From Sphagnum compactum (taxonomy: Eukaryota), in the NCBI GenBank assembly GCA_965153455.1, contig OZ234494.1:7068001-7132000 (forward strand): DNA of 64,000 nucleotides, given 5' to 3'. The notes beneath the pieces are model-generated. The model was not told the origin of the DNA. It saw only the letters and a list, made by a program, of their open reading frames with translations, and searched no databases. Each line of letters starts with the position of its first letter. Position 1 is the stretch's first letter. The translations under genes were made by a program, and so were the position numbers. This document shows positions 13,963 through 25,526 of this stretch, in pieces.

Positions 13963-14025
13963 CACAGGTTCTTTTCATGTCATTTGAGGGAGTATTTGTT
14001 TGTGGTGGATTTTGCCAATTGTGCA

Positions 14026-14103
14026 AGCCAATGGATGATGATATGGTTGTCAGATCTCATTATGGTGACTAAACTACAGACTACAATTATCTGACCATTG
14101 GCT
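14026..14103 (+). ncRNA. C/D-box snoRNA, copy 2 (tandem paralogue of 13880-13962)
   Basis: 9-bp stem agccaatgg/ccattggct; C ATGATGA 14035-14041; D CTGA 14091-14094. The D guide acagactacaattat is identical to copy 1 while the interior has diverged. Confidence 0.85.
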
Positions 14104-15339
14104 GGCACTGACATTCTTTGATTGTGCTCTGTTGTGTTATGATCTGCAAAAATGAAAGTTGACTGATATGATTTGTTTTGTAGACAGGACTTATTGTGTT
14201 GAATGGAAAACAAACCATAATCACTGGTAGTGTGAAGTAGCGCAGAGCCCAAGTGAAATTTGACTGATGTGATTTGGTTTGTAGAATGGAGGATTGAATT
14301 GTTTCTGACAGTTGTTAGGTCCCGTATTTTCAGTATAATGGAAGGTTTGTTTTGTCCTGAGACATCTCTTGCAGTCCATGCACAACTGTTGAGCGTAGCA
14401 TTTACAAAGTCCAGACTATATTAGAGGTACAGACTAAGATTAAATTCATACTTTCCCAACCATTCCCAATGTTCTGTTTTTCAGTAACTCTGTGTAGATA
14501 GTGCAGTGGACTTTCTTTATTGGTGTAGGGGTAAAAGGCGACAAGAAGATGAACTGTTCAGGGGAAGAGAGCATACTTTCTCTTGGATGGCCTGAAAATG
14601 TGTGGTAAGTTCCAATCTCAGGCAGTCTTTTTAGGTACAGAATCTGCTGGGATGAGTAAAGTAAAACATTCTGGTTAAGAAATGATGATTAGGTCAGAGT
14701 TCCATTTTCATGTTAGTACATTCTTTTATGATACATGTGCTTGACTTGAGGGTGTCTGTCAGCCTTTTTCTTACTTTCTAATCCAAGAGGATGATTTTAT
14801 TAAGCACTTGAATCAATATCATTGCAGGGGGAGATTTGATGATCAGAATTTCATGTAGTGTAAAGTTATATTTGCAGTTGATCTGTATGCAATGCTATAG
14901 TGGGATCTGAGATTGGATTGTTGGATGTTCAATTTTGGAGCTTACCCCAATTTACTTGCATGTCATGTCTTCTTCACAAAGTAGAATCCCAGAGTAGTGA
15001 TGCCACCACCTATGTGGTGCAGTTCCAGGTTTGATGAGAACTAATTTGAGCTAATTTATGTAATTTAGTAAAACCTCAAGTTCTGGCTTTTGGAGAGAAC
15101 ATAACTCTACTATGTTTTAATTTGATACAACCCCTGGTGTCCTGGTTTCAGTCACTTGCAAGTTTAATGGAACTTCTGATTCTTGTTTCATGTTTTAGAA
15201 AAAAAAACTGGTGGAACCTTTTTTTGATTTTCTTAACCTCTTTTCACATTCTAAACATTAAATTTCTGCCTCTGGAAAAAATTTCATGCCTTTTCATACC
15301 CATGCATGTAGGTGGGTTGCTGAAAGGACTGAGCTAGTT

Positions 15340-15990
15340 AGGTAGCTAGATTTAGGGGTCATATTTTTAAAATACGTGATATGTTATTAGTGATAGAAAT
15401 ACAGGATTCACTTGAAGGTTATGGCAAAAGTTGCACCATCTTTTGAGTATTCAACTTCAACCCCATTCCATCTCTAGACATATGGGCAAATGGAGTTATT
15501 TGATCAAATTCTTGAAGACAATTTGCCAGTAAGTAAGCCCGCAACTCAAGATGATTAGGAGGATGACTTACCTTTGGTTGAATTTGTTCACAGTAGGCAA
15601 TTGTCTATCAAGGATATTATATTCAAGTTAAACTATGGTTGACATCCTTGAACAACCTATCAACAAGAAAATTGACAGGTTTCAAGTCTTGGTTGTAAAG
15701 GATTTCATCTATTCAATTATTGATGTTATGAGTGATTAAAAGACAGTTGTTGTTACATGTTGACACATGATGGTGTAATGTGTCATTTGATGTGGGGTTA
15801 AGAGTATTTCTAAGTGCTTCCAACATGAAGTTGAGATTCTTAAGTGCTGGGTAGTTGCATTCTAGATGGATTGGTCCAATTGAGAAAGGGTAAGTGTCAG
15901 AGCGTACAAACTGCAATTGTCAAAAAACATGAAAATCCATAATGTTCTTCATGTTCCATTTCTGAAGTCTTATAAGGCTATCGGAAATAT
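15340..15990 (+). mobile_element. Ty3/gypsy integrase and C-terminal remnant
   Basis: Degenerate 'ST..HP...GQME..NQIL', 'DDLPLVEF', 'RWIGP' and 'YKLQLSKNMKIHNVLHVPFLK' motifs, with many stops. Confidence 0.6.
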
Positions 15991-18976
15991 AAAGCCTCTG
16001 CCTCAATCAATCCTAAAAGAAGATGGAATTGGTGCATATGCATCATGCGACTGGAGGACTTGGTTCTTAATGTTTCACTTTTTTCTTGGTGACCTGCCTT
16101 TTTGGGGCTTTTGCTTCCGACTTTGGTGCTTGCCCCTTGTTTCTTTTTTCTCCCTTTCTTGGGTGTTTTCTTTTCATAAAGTTTGGCAGGGTTTCATCAC
16201 ATGTAATTCACTTTGAAATGGAGTAGGTATTATAGCACAAACTTTGAAGAAACTTGTTTTAGACACATGAAGTTCTACCCCATGAAATGGTTTGGTTATG
16301 AACTTGAGCATAATTATTGGGAATTTGAATTCAAAATTTTTCAAAGAACATTGGAACATCAAAGCATGTTTTAATGAACAACTATGTTGTCTTGGTGTTG
16401 GATATGAGGATCTCTGTATTATCCCATCCAAAAGCAAGAGGCTTAACATGTCATATACATGATTAAATCAAGTTGTGCTTTATTTATGAATTCTTCTTGA
16501 ATTGTTGAGCACAAAAGTTCAAAACTAAAAGGAGAGGTGTAATAATTTTACCTAAGTTACTATTATTAGTAATAAAAATCTATGCTACATGCACAAATAA
16601 CTTTTAAACAAATGAGATATTTTAGTTAAGATCAATTAACTATCTCATAACATGTGATGTTCACCTTGCTTGCCATGGAAGTAATATTTTGCATGGAAGT
16701 AGCATGGATGATGAACTTATGCATGAAATATTAGGGAAAGTAACATTTTTATGTGTAGTCACACTTATAGGAGCCACAAGTGGAATTGGCATTTTGAAGT
16801 TGTAAAATAAGTTATAAATGAATTGATTTTTTTTTAAATGGAAAATTTTAATACAAATCTTAGTTTAATAGTATAATTTTTTAAATTTTTTTAATAAAAA
16901 TTATATTTTAAATATTCCAAGAATAAATAGTCACCAAGGAGGTGACCAGGACTCCTTTTATCATGTTTGCAACCCTCTACATGTTAGAAGTTATATGTTC
17001 ACCTCTTAATTAGGAACTTAAGGGTGGATTAACAAGATGGTAACAACTTGTATGACCTTAAAGATGGGTGGAAAACTCATGATAAATTGATGTTTTATTC
17101 ATTTTGATTTTGTTTTGTCAACATGATTCGATAATAATTATTTTTCACACTTTTACATGATAACAAAGTTTGATTTTAATTTTATTTTTTGTAATTAATA
17201 TTTTTGGTCATTGTAAAAAGTTATGAATTTTTTGTCCATCACTTACTATAACCAGTTCCAATCTATGAACATCATCTTAGTAAGCAAGCCCACCATTTTC
17301 TAAATAAGCCCTTAGATAGGCAAGGCAGGCTCCTTCTATCTTGTTTGCACCTTAATGTCCATTTTGTGTGTCTTTAGCTATTGTGATGATCAGGGTGAAC
17401 AATTTTGAATGCCTTCCATGAGATATTTTCCTTGATTTCTCTCTTCTAGCTTTCGTTTATTTGTCAAAGATGCCACATAAGGGCTACTGGGAAGGCATGC
17501 AAAGTACACCCTTGGACAAGTGCATCCAAGAGCGGAGGTAGTAGCTGACCTCTTACATGACCCCTTTGCTTGTTTGAACGGTGACAAGCCCCAATACTAC
17601 TCCTAAATCCTAGTGGTGCCACACTACTAACTTCTAAGCCTCTAACTTCAATACTTGTCTAACCATTGCATTGTGATTGCAAGCACAGACCTACCGTGAT
17701 GCAAACTCTCTCACAAACTTTCTTTGATGAATACAAAAAAGGATCACATGGTGAGGAGAAATGCCTCCCAGATTGTGAGGTCAATTTAGTAATGCCATTG
17801 GAACAGGGTGATCCCAAAAGAGGCCCCCCTACTTGAGGCATGAGCCGAGGGAAGGCCCACCTTTCAAGAGTGCATGGCTCTGGGCTCTGAGGGTGCTGTT
17901 GTTCTTAAAGAAGGATGTGCTGCCACCACACTGTGGGAGCAGAAGAGCCCACCATATGGGGCAACAAATGCACAGATTTTTCTGCATGATAACCTTCAAA
18001 ATCATCAATAATTTTGATAAAACATACATCATGTCAAACACCGTTCTCATTGATTGAATTCTATGTACCATATTTTTTCCTACTCAAAGTAATTGATTAC
18101 ATGTTATCATATGCACTTGAAATCCATAATTACCATACAAATGGTCGAGGGATGATTCAAGCTCAAGTCATCATTGCTACATTCTACTGACTAGCAACAT
18201 CTGGAACTATTAGTCATTAGATCATCCAATTATTGAAAAAACCATACGAATACCCAATGGGTCAAAGGTAATAGAAATCAGTCACAGGTTTTACTTGCAG
18301 AGGGAAAATTGTCTATCTCACATCAGTCACTACAAACACAAAAAAGTCTCTCCAAATTGAACATACCAAGCACACAAAATGTACATGTGTTCAAGGGCTG
18401 CAAACCCTCACACAGTAGGAGCTCCTCCTAATGACATTGCAAGCACCTGCACACTGAACATCCCTGTTTGTGTCTTACCATTCCTCTGCATTACTGCAGA
18501 CAGCATGTTGAGGCAACACGATATCCTACAAACTCACTTCTGGTACCAAAGTTTGTTGATAAAAACTTTCCTGACCCAACAATGACATCCTCTTTAGCTA
18601 GCCCTGATCTCATAACTGAATTCATATATTTCACAGCAAAACTACATCTGTTTGAGCTTCTTCTCTCCACAAGGTACAGGTTATGAAGTTTGAAAACCAC
18701 TTCAACTAGGAAATCATGTCCCACATTGCCTTCAACAAACCTGCATCAAAAGTGACAGCAAAAAAACAGAAATGCATGATGCACTACATGGCTTCAGCTA
18801 CTCTGATCCAAGTAGCATCTAGAGTTCACAAATTGTAACCCAATATTTAAGTACTTCAAAATAATGAACAATACAAAAATTTTGCAAGTCACACCAGGTA
18901 GATCACTTGTAGGACCAAAATGCTCACAAAATAAGGTCAAGATGACAAGAATACAAGTATCAATTTCAGCCCTCAC

Positions 18977-21015
18977 CTACAAGTCACCATACTTAGGAGG
19001 TTGAGCAGGCTTTCCAGTGCGTGCATCTGACCAGGCCTTTGCTATGGTCTTCTTCATTTCATCATCACCTTCATCATACATGTTCTGTTGAACCCAAAAT
19101 GTCACCAACCAAGACAATGCAGATGCATGAAGAACAGAGAACAGCTACAAAACATCTTTGGAAGGAGATGGATCTGTTGACTTTTGCAAATTCAAGGCAC
19201 TGCTAGGATTTTCTCAGAACCATCATTTAAAATGAGCTCTCTTGCAATGAATCTGACATACCTTCATCAAGTCCATAATGCCGCTCATTGGATCCTTGTC
19301 TTTGTCCATTGCTGGAGCTTTGAACTACAAAACCCATCCAAGGGAACAAAACCCCAACATCTAGTTTAGATGGCATTTGCTCTTTTGCAGGGTCATAGTT
19401 AAGTGGCATATTTGAAATTTCCAAACTTCAATCCATAGTTCAAAGGTGAACACAATTGTCATGATTCCACAGCATGCCAATCAAAATAAGTAGTTTCTAC
19501 TGGCAACTTGATCCAGCATTTGCAACCAAGGAAATCTGCTGGCACCTTCTCCTCCTTCTTGTGGAGGTCAATCCAGTTACCACCATCTGCCTTTTTAAGT
19601 GTAACAATAATCCTTTTTGGTTTCACCAACATTTTTGATTGCTCTGGAATGATAGACTTGTTCAGCTTTGGTACAGAACAGCGATAATTCTTCCCACCAA
19701 CATCATGGATCTTGAGGTCAACAGAATCAGAGTGGAATTTGGCTTCTATTTTCTCTTGTGAGGCACCTTCAAGTGTTATGTATATCTGTCCAACCCATGA
19801 ACATGTAGGCAACACAATCACACAATCAACTTATCTCTTAAAGCCCAGAAAACCATGGAGATTGTTCTCATCTATCTTACCTACAGCTGTTCCATCCAAA
19901 CAGGTAACATACAGCCCATTGAAGTGCATTCTTTCCTAAACCTCAAGTGGCGCATATCTGCTGATATGAATGGAGTGGATACACAGAGAATGAAGATTGC
20001 AAAATCATCTTCCACTCCACTGGTCCCCAGGTAAAATATGAAGTTACCTGATCTTGAGCCTGCTACAAGACTTTTTCTAAGTATGAAGAACCACACAGTC
20101 ACTGGATAGGCAGTCTCTCGTTCAAAAACCAAAGAATTACAAGGATCGCTCACACTATCAACTCTCCTGCAGTAGTGCATTCAAAGGATGGATGGGTGTG
20201 TCCAAGAAAGAAATAACTGGAGGATCCACAGGTCCTTAAGGAGGTGAATCTTTTCTGAAGAAATCAACAAATCAAAACAGCATTACTCACCTTCACTTTG
20301 TCATAGTCTTGATCCCAGCTGAATGTTGCAAGTGTAGTATACTGAATGATCGGCTGAAATTTCTTAATCTCAAGAGGAATTACTTTTGGTGTTTGCTCTG
20401 CTGCTGCAGCAGCTTCATGCTCGTCTTTAAATGTCTGCAGGGAGTTACAATTCTCATCAAAAACCCCCAAATCCCCTCACATTCCTTAACCCCTTTCCTT
20501 CCACCCTGAACAAAGCTTCTTTGATTTCCTGTTGCTCAGGTTAGGTCAGAGAGACAATAAGTTGAACTTCTGCAAGTCCCATAAAGATCTGAACTCTTGA
20601 GTCTGTGCAGAAGAGTGATGGAGTGTCTGTCAATGCTACCGCCCTCTTTTGCACAGCTTCCTACATTGTTTAAGCCTCCTCCAAGAAAGACATATAGCTG
20701 AAACAACTAACCCACAAGCTCTCTTTTTGTCTGGCTGATCATCTGTGAACCACGATCATCACAACGTGGCATCACCTACAAGGGGTCGTCCGTTGCTAAT
20801 TGGAACCCTAAGACCATTTGAGAGATTTGAGAAAAGGGTCACAGAAAGTCCTCGCCATCTTGTCATCATCGACTTGCTGCTCTTCTGAATGTGCTACTAA
20901 CCTTTTCCAGACTGAAGATTTGTGAAGAGAGAATGGATTGAACACGTGGTCGCTTGGCCTCTTGAAGAAGATGCCGAAGCTCATCGATGTCGTCTTGCAT
21001 CACCGCTCCCGCCAT
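18977..21015 (-). CDS. CACYBP: Calcyclin-binding protein / Siah-interacting protein (N-terminal, CS and SGS domains), 222 aa, 5 exons
   Basis: Exons 21015-20902, 20434-20291, 19785-19546, 19324-19262 and 19084-18977, all phase 0 GT-AG (669 nt). Translation: MAGAVMQDDIDELRHLLQEAKRPRV...FSWDQDYDKVKIYITLEG...KDPMSGIMDLMKNMYDEGDDEMKKTIAKAWSDAR...GDL*. Confidence 0.93.
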
Positions 21016-21454
21016 CGATGAACAAACCCACCACGAAACCCAAGAAGAAACTCTTCCAAAGAAACCAAGACTTTCGCAAAAAGCAAAGTGAACAACAAAC
21101 CCTCAAAACTCCCAAAACAAAACTTCGCAACACTTCTCTCTGTCTCAAAAACCCACAATCTTCAAGACCCAAAACTACCGTAAGCACATTCTTCTAAGGT
21201 TCTTCAAAAACCCTAGAACCTTCCTATCTCCCGAAGAAGAAGAAGACAAAGAAGCCCTAGAAGCTTCCAAGAGGATTTGGACCCCGGTGGGGAAATCCTG
21301 CAATCAAACAAGAGACAAGAGGATCAGATGAAGATCGCCAAAAAAAATCCCTTCCCTGAAATCCTCATGAGAAGCACCGTTGCAGCAGGAATGGCCCATC
21401 CATCCACACAGTTTTTGTTTTGTTCATCCACCAGAAAGAAGAAAGCTCTTGCTT

Positions 21455-21600
21455 CCCTTGCAAAGCCTGCAATTCCTCGAACACCCTTTCTTCCCTTGCA
21501 ATACCTGTAAATACCTTTCTTCCCTGCAATGTCTACAGTACCTGCAATACCCTTTTCTTCCCTGTAATGCTTGCAATGGGTAACTGCAATACCTTTCTGG
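21455..21600. repeat. Short degenerate tandem repeat (tgcaatac/cctttcttccc units)
   Basis: Several recurrences of 'tgcaatac' and 'ctttcttccc' between the zinc-finger gene 3' end and the CacyBP promoter. Confidence 0.6.
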
Positions 21601-22237
21601 GTTTTGCGTAATTGGCAGATTTGGATTCTTCCTCGGTGTTTTTGTTTTTTTTCTTTCGGGGTCTCATTGGCAGATTGGATTCTTCTTTTGATTATGTGAA
21701 ATTGTGATCACAACATTTTTTTGTGGGAACAATTTTGCAATGGAATTTCAAAAAATGAATAAGTGGTAGAGGGAATTTGAACAAAAGGAAATTGAGATTG
21801 AAAATGCAAAATGTTTTGCTGTACAGAAAGAATAAACACAATCCTCTTAGAACGTACTCACTTTTATGCTACCCAGATGCTGCATTTTGGTCCTTGAGAG
21901 ATGTAAAGACATATGAAAGTTGCTCATTTGAGCACTCTGTGTGTGTGTGTGTGTGTGTGATGTAGTCTGGAACTTTGATTGCCTGTTTCCAATTCTGTTT
22001 TTTTTTTTTTTTTTTTTGTTCTGGTTTGGGCTTCTGTATGAGCTTTTCAAATGGGGCCCCTGTTTAACTATGTTGCAGACATTTTCTACAGGGTTGGGGA
22101 TCCAATGATGTGGCAATGTGAACAGACAGGAAAAATCAAACCATCTGCACGGAGGATGACGCACCTCAGACCTGTTGAAATGCAATTTAGAGGCTCTCCT
22201 CCCCAGAGAAACAAGCAGGAAGGACCTTCCTAGCTGC

Positions 22238-25200
22238 CTAGTCAAGCAGAAGTGGGACCTGAGGTTCAGGACCCACATCAGCATTGTGGCATGTGGCTTT
22301 CAAGGACTGCCCAAATTGTCCAAAGTTCTGAAGATTATCCAAGCCTTGATCACCAGCTCCCAGAGAACCTGTTTCACTCTTGCAGCCTCCACTTGCTGTA
22401 GCCTGTTCAGGGGTGTTATCATCCACGCTGCTTGGCATATCCTTTGCCTGAAAACCATACTGGTCCCTGCTGTTGTTGGGCAAATGATGGCGCTTCTCCA
22501 CACTATCCTGGAAAGGGCTACTGGATGCATACTTTTTGGCCATCGAGAAGAACGGTGAGCTGAGAAGTGGGATGTACGAATTAGAGTGGCCCAAAGATGG
22601 AGGAAGAATATGAGCGGAACTTGAACCCACTTGTTCCACAAAATCATCAGATTCAGGAGCTGGCATATTCAAGTCTAGCTCTCTTTCCAGGACTTCCCTT
22701 TTTGGGTTGCTGACTTGATGATGCCCTGCAAGAGTGGTCGGAAGTGCTGACATTTGCTGCTGATTGTTGGTTCTGATACCAGAATAGGGTTCACTGGGTG
22801 CTGAGGTGCTTGCTGTAGTGCCACCCCAATGACAGCGCTTGTGACCTCCTAAAGCTTGACCCGAATTAAAAACCCGATGACAGATTGAGCATTCATGACC
22901 CTTTGACTTTCTTGCAATGCTGAACATTTCCTCATTATCATCCTTTGCAACAGCCAAGTAATGACAAGGCTTGTGGTCTTCTTGCTCAGAAGTATGTGAT
23001 GCATCTTGTATGTCATATGGTGGCAGCAGCTCAATGTTCTCTGTGTTCATGGCCTCATCATCTGTGATGTCCTCCTCTGGACTCTGATCCTGTGCCCCAC
23101 CTTCCCCCACATTCGTTCTTGCATAGCAACCTTTCACCTTCTTGTGACTGGCACGGTGACCCCCAAGAGCTTGATGTGACTTGAATATCCTCTTGCATGT
23201 TGTGCACTCATACTTCATCCTCAGCCCCACTCCTTGCATACCTGCAAGCATCACATTGTCAGCTTGGCAGTTCTGGAGTTCAACAGTTTGCAGCCTGATT
23301 CCAATGTTCCACTCTGAAATTCAGCATAGGTCAAGTAAAATCTCAACCAGTGTGATGAGCAAAGATGGTAAGCATTGGATGCTGCTGACCTGTTTCGAAT
23401 TCATTTGCACCCTCTTCATCTTCTTCTGATGGGTAAGCATCCTCGGCTTCTTTTTTGACAATTGCACTTCTTTTATCCTCCTTGTGACAATTCTTCTCAC
23501 TCCTACTCACATGATCCTCTTGTTCAACTTCCTCTGCCTTTCCCCCACTCCAATGATGTAAAACCACATCTTCCTTGTCAGTGACTTGGGGTTCTTGAGG
23601 AGGAGCTGTGAGGGCACTCCTTTTCCTCTCTGACTCCACTGCTTTCAAGAGCATGAGTGCATCAATAATTTCTCTCTGGTGTCGAGTCTCAGTGGGTGTT
23701 GTTGCTGCTTCCGAATTCTCAGGTGCATAGGATGTCACGGCCTGCAAGGATCTCACAGATTGCCTTAACCTTTTTGTTCTCTTCCCTTTCTGCCAGTTTC
23801 GAACAGATTGTTGCATGTCCCCATTCATGTACGCAGCTTCAATGCTCTCTGTGTCACTCTCATTGTCTGATGCTTTTCTTGAACCTCTTCTTGACTCTGT
23901 TTCTGACTCTGAATCCGAGTCTGCAGTGACAATCACATTGGGAGGAGGTTTTTTCCTTCTGGAAGGAAGGTGGCTTGCATTATTGTTCATTCTTCCATGC
24001 TGATGAGTAATAGTATCAGGGGGCTGAATCCCTCTCCACTCTCTCTCTGGATGACACCGCATGTGACCAAACAAAGCTTTCCAGGACCCAAATTCCTTTC
24101 CGCACTCAGTGCAGGTTTTGACTTTGTCCTCAGACATGGTACTCATCTTCTTGGCTGGGGTAGCAGCTGCAGATACCTCCACAGCATAATCTTGGTCTAT
24201 GAACCTGCGACTCCGCTTTGGATTCCTACGAAGAGTGTACTGAGGATGAGTTTTCTTGTGTAAGCTCAATGACTTTGCACCGTCAAACTCCTTGTCACAG
24301 ATCTTGCACATGTAGTCATGTGTGCTGCCATTATTGTTTTCCTCTAAACTCGAGCTGATCTTTGTGGATCCCGCATCTTCCTCATGCTCATCCCACAAAT
24401 CCTCATCTTCACAGCTCAGGGCCGCTCCACTGCCGATGGCTACTAAACTAGGTAGTGATCCAGCTTTATTATGGTCCTTAAATTCTACTTGTTGAAAATT
24501 CAACTGCCGGGATACAGACTGAATACAAGAAGACTTGACACCTTGAGATTGGGGACAACAAGGTAACGGAGAGGTGGTCTCATCTTTGAAAGAATCGGGG
24601 TCACTAACTCCACTATCTACATGCAGATTCCTCAGCTGGCTCACCTGCCCTATGGAGCTGCTGAGTTGCTGCTCTTTCTCTTGACCTACTTCCACGCTAA
24701 AACTCGAAGCATGATGATCCTCATGATCCATGGTGATACTATTAAGCTGCTTGTTGTTGTTGTTGTTATGAGATTGCTGCTGCTGCTGCTGCATCATGCT
24801 CCCTGCCCCAAGAGGACCTCTCCCAAATCCCAGCTCTCCTCTTTTGTACAGTTGACAGAGGTGAGACATGGAGTTCTTCTTCTGCTCTTCTTCTTCTTCT
24901 TGTGAACACATAGAATTCTTTGCATGAATTTCATCCTGATCAATAACAGTTGAGTTGCATCGGATCAGCTCTGCAGTTCCTCCTGCTGCTGCTGCATCTT
25001 CTTCTTCCACACTGCTTAGAATTCCAGCTCTTGGAGGAAGAAGAAGCTCCTCAACTTCAGCATCACTACAAAGAGATCCAGGACCCTGATCATCAAGAAC
25101 AACAACAGTTGCTCCTCCTCCAGAGATCACTCCATTTGCTACACCATCTTCTTCTCCCTCTATAATAATTCCTCCTCCTCCTCCTCCTCCTCCTTCAGTT

Positions 25201-25526
25201 TTTGTCGTTGGCCAGGTTCCAGACTTCTCGTCTTGAGAGTGATGATGAGTACTACAATGAGAACAGATCTTCATCGGCGACGAGGACAAGAAGCCGGCGT
25301 TGTTGTTCTTGCATGTACTACAACACTGAGGCGAGGTGGTCTTCTGATGGGGGCGGTAGTGGTGGGGGTTCTCTCCTCCTCCTTGGATGATCTGAACAGG
25401 TGAAGTCGATGCCTCCTCCTCCTCCTCCATCATGTCTTCTTCTTCTTCTTCCGTCACTAGTTGCACGCTGACTCCTCCGTCCATGCTGCTGCTCCTTTTC
25501 TCCTCGCCGTAACTCTTGTCCATCAT
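22238..25526 (-). CDS. DAZ1/ZAT-type C2H2 zinc-finger repressor with an EAR motif, ~1046-1070 aa, 2 exons
   Basis: Exon 1 25526-23390 (first ATG, MMDKSY) and exon 2 from 23241 (or 23313) to 22238, joined by a phase-1 GT-AG intron. Four C2H2 fingers: [42 protein letters not shown] (DAZ1/DAZ2 signature), two QALGGH fingers. C-terminal LDLNMP EAR motif. Confidence 0.88.

Noticed and set aside
17360-17960. GC-richer segment vaguely resembling gypsy gag/pol
   Set aside because: No diagnostic motif recovered; too degenerate to call.
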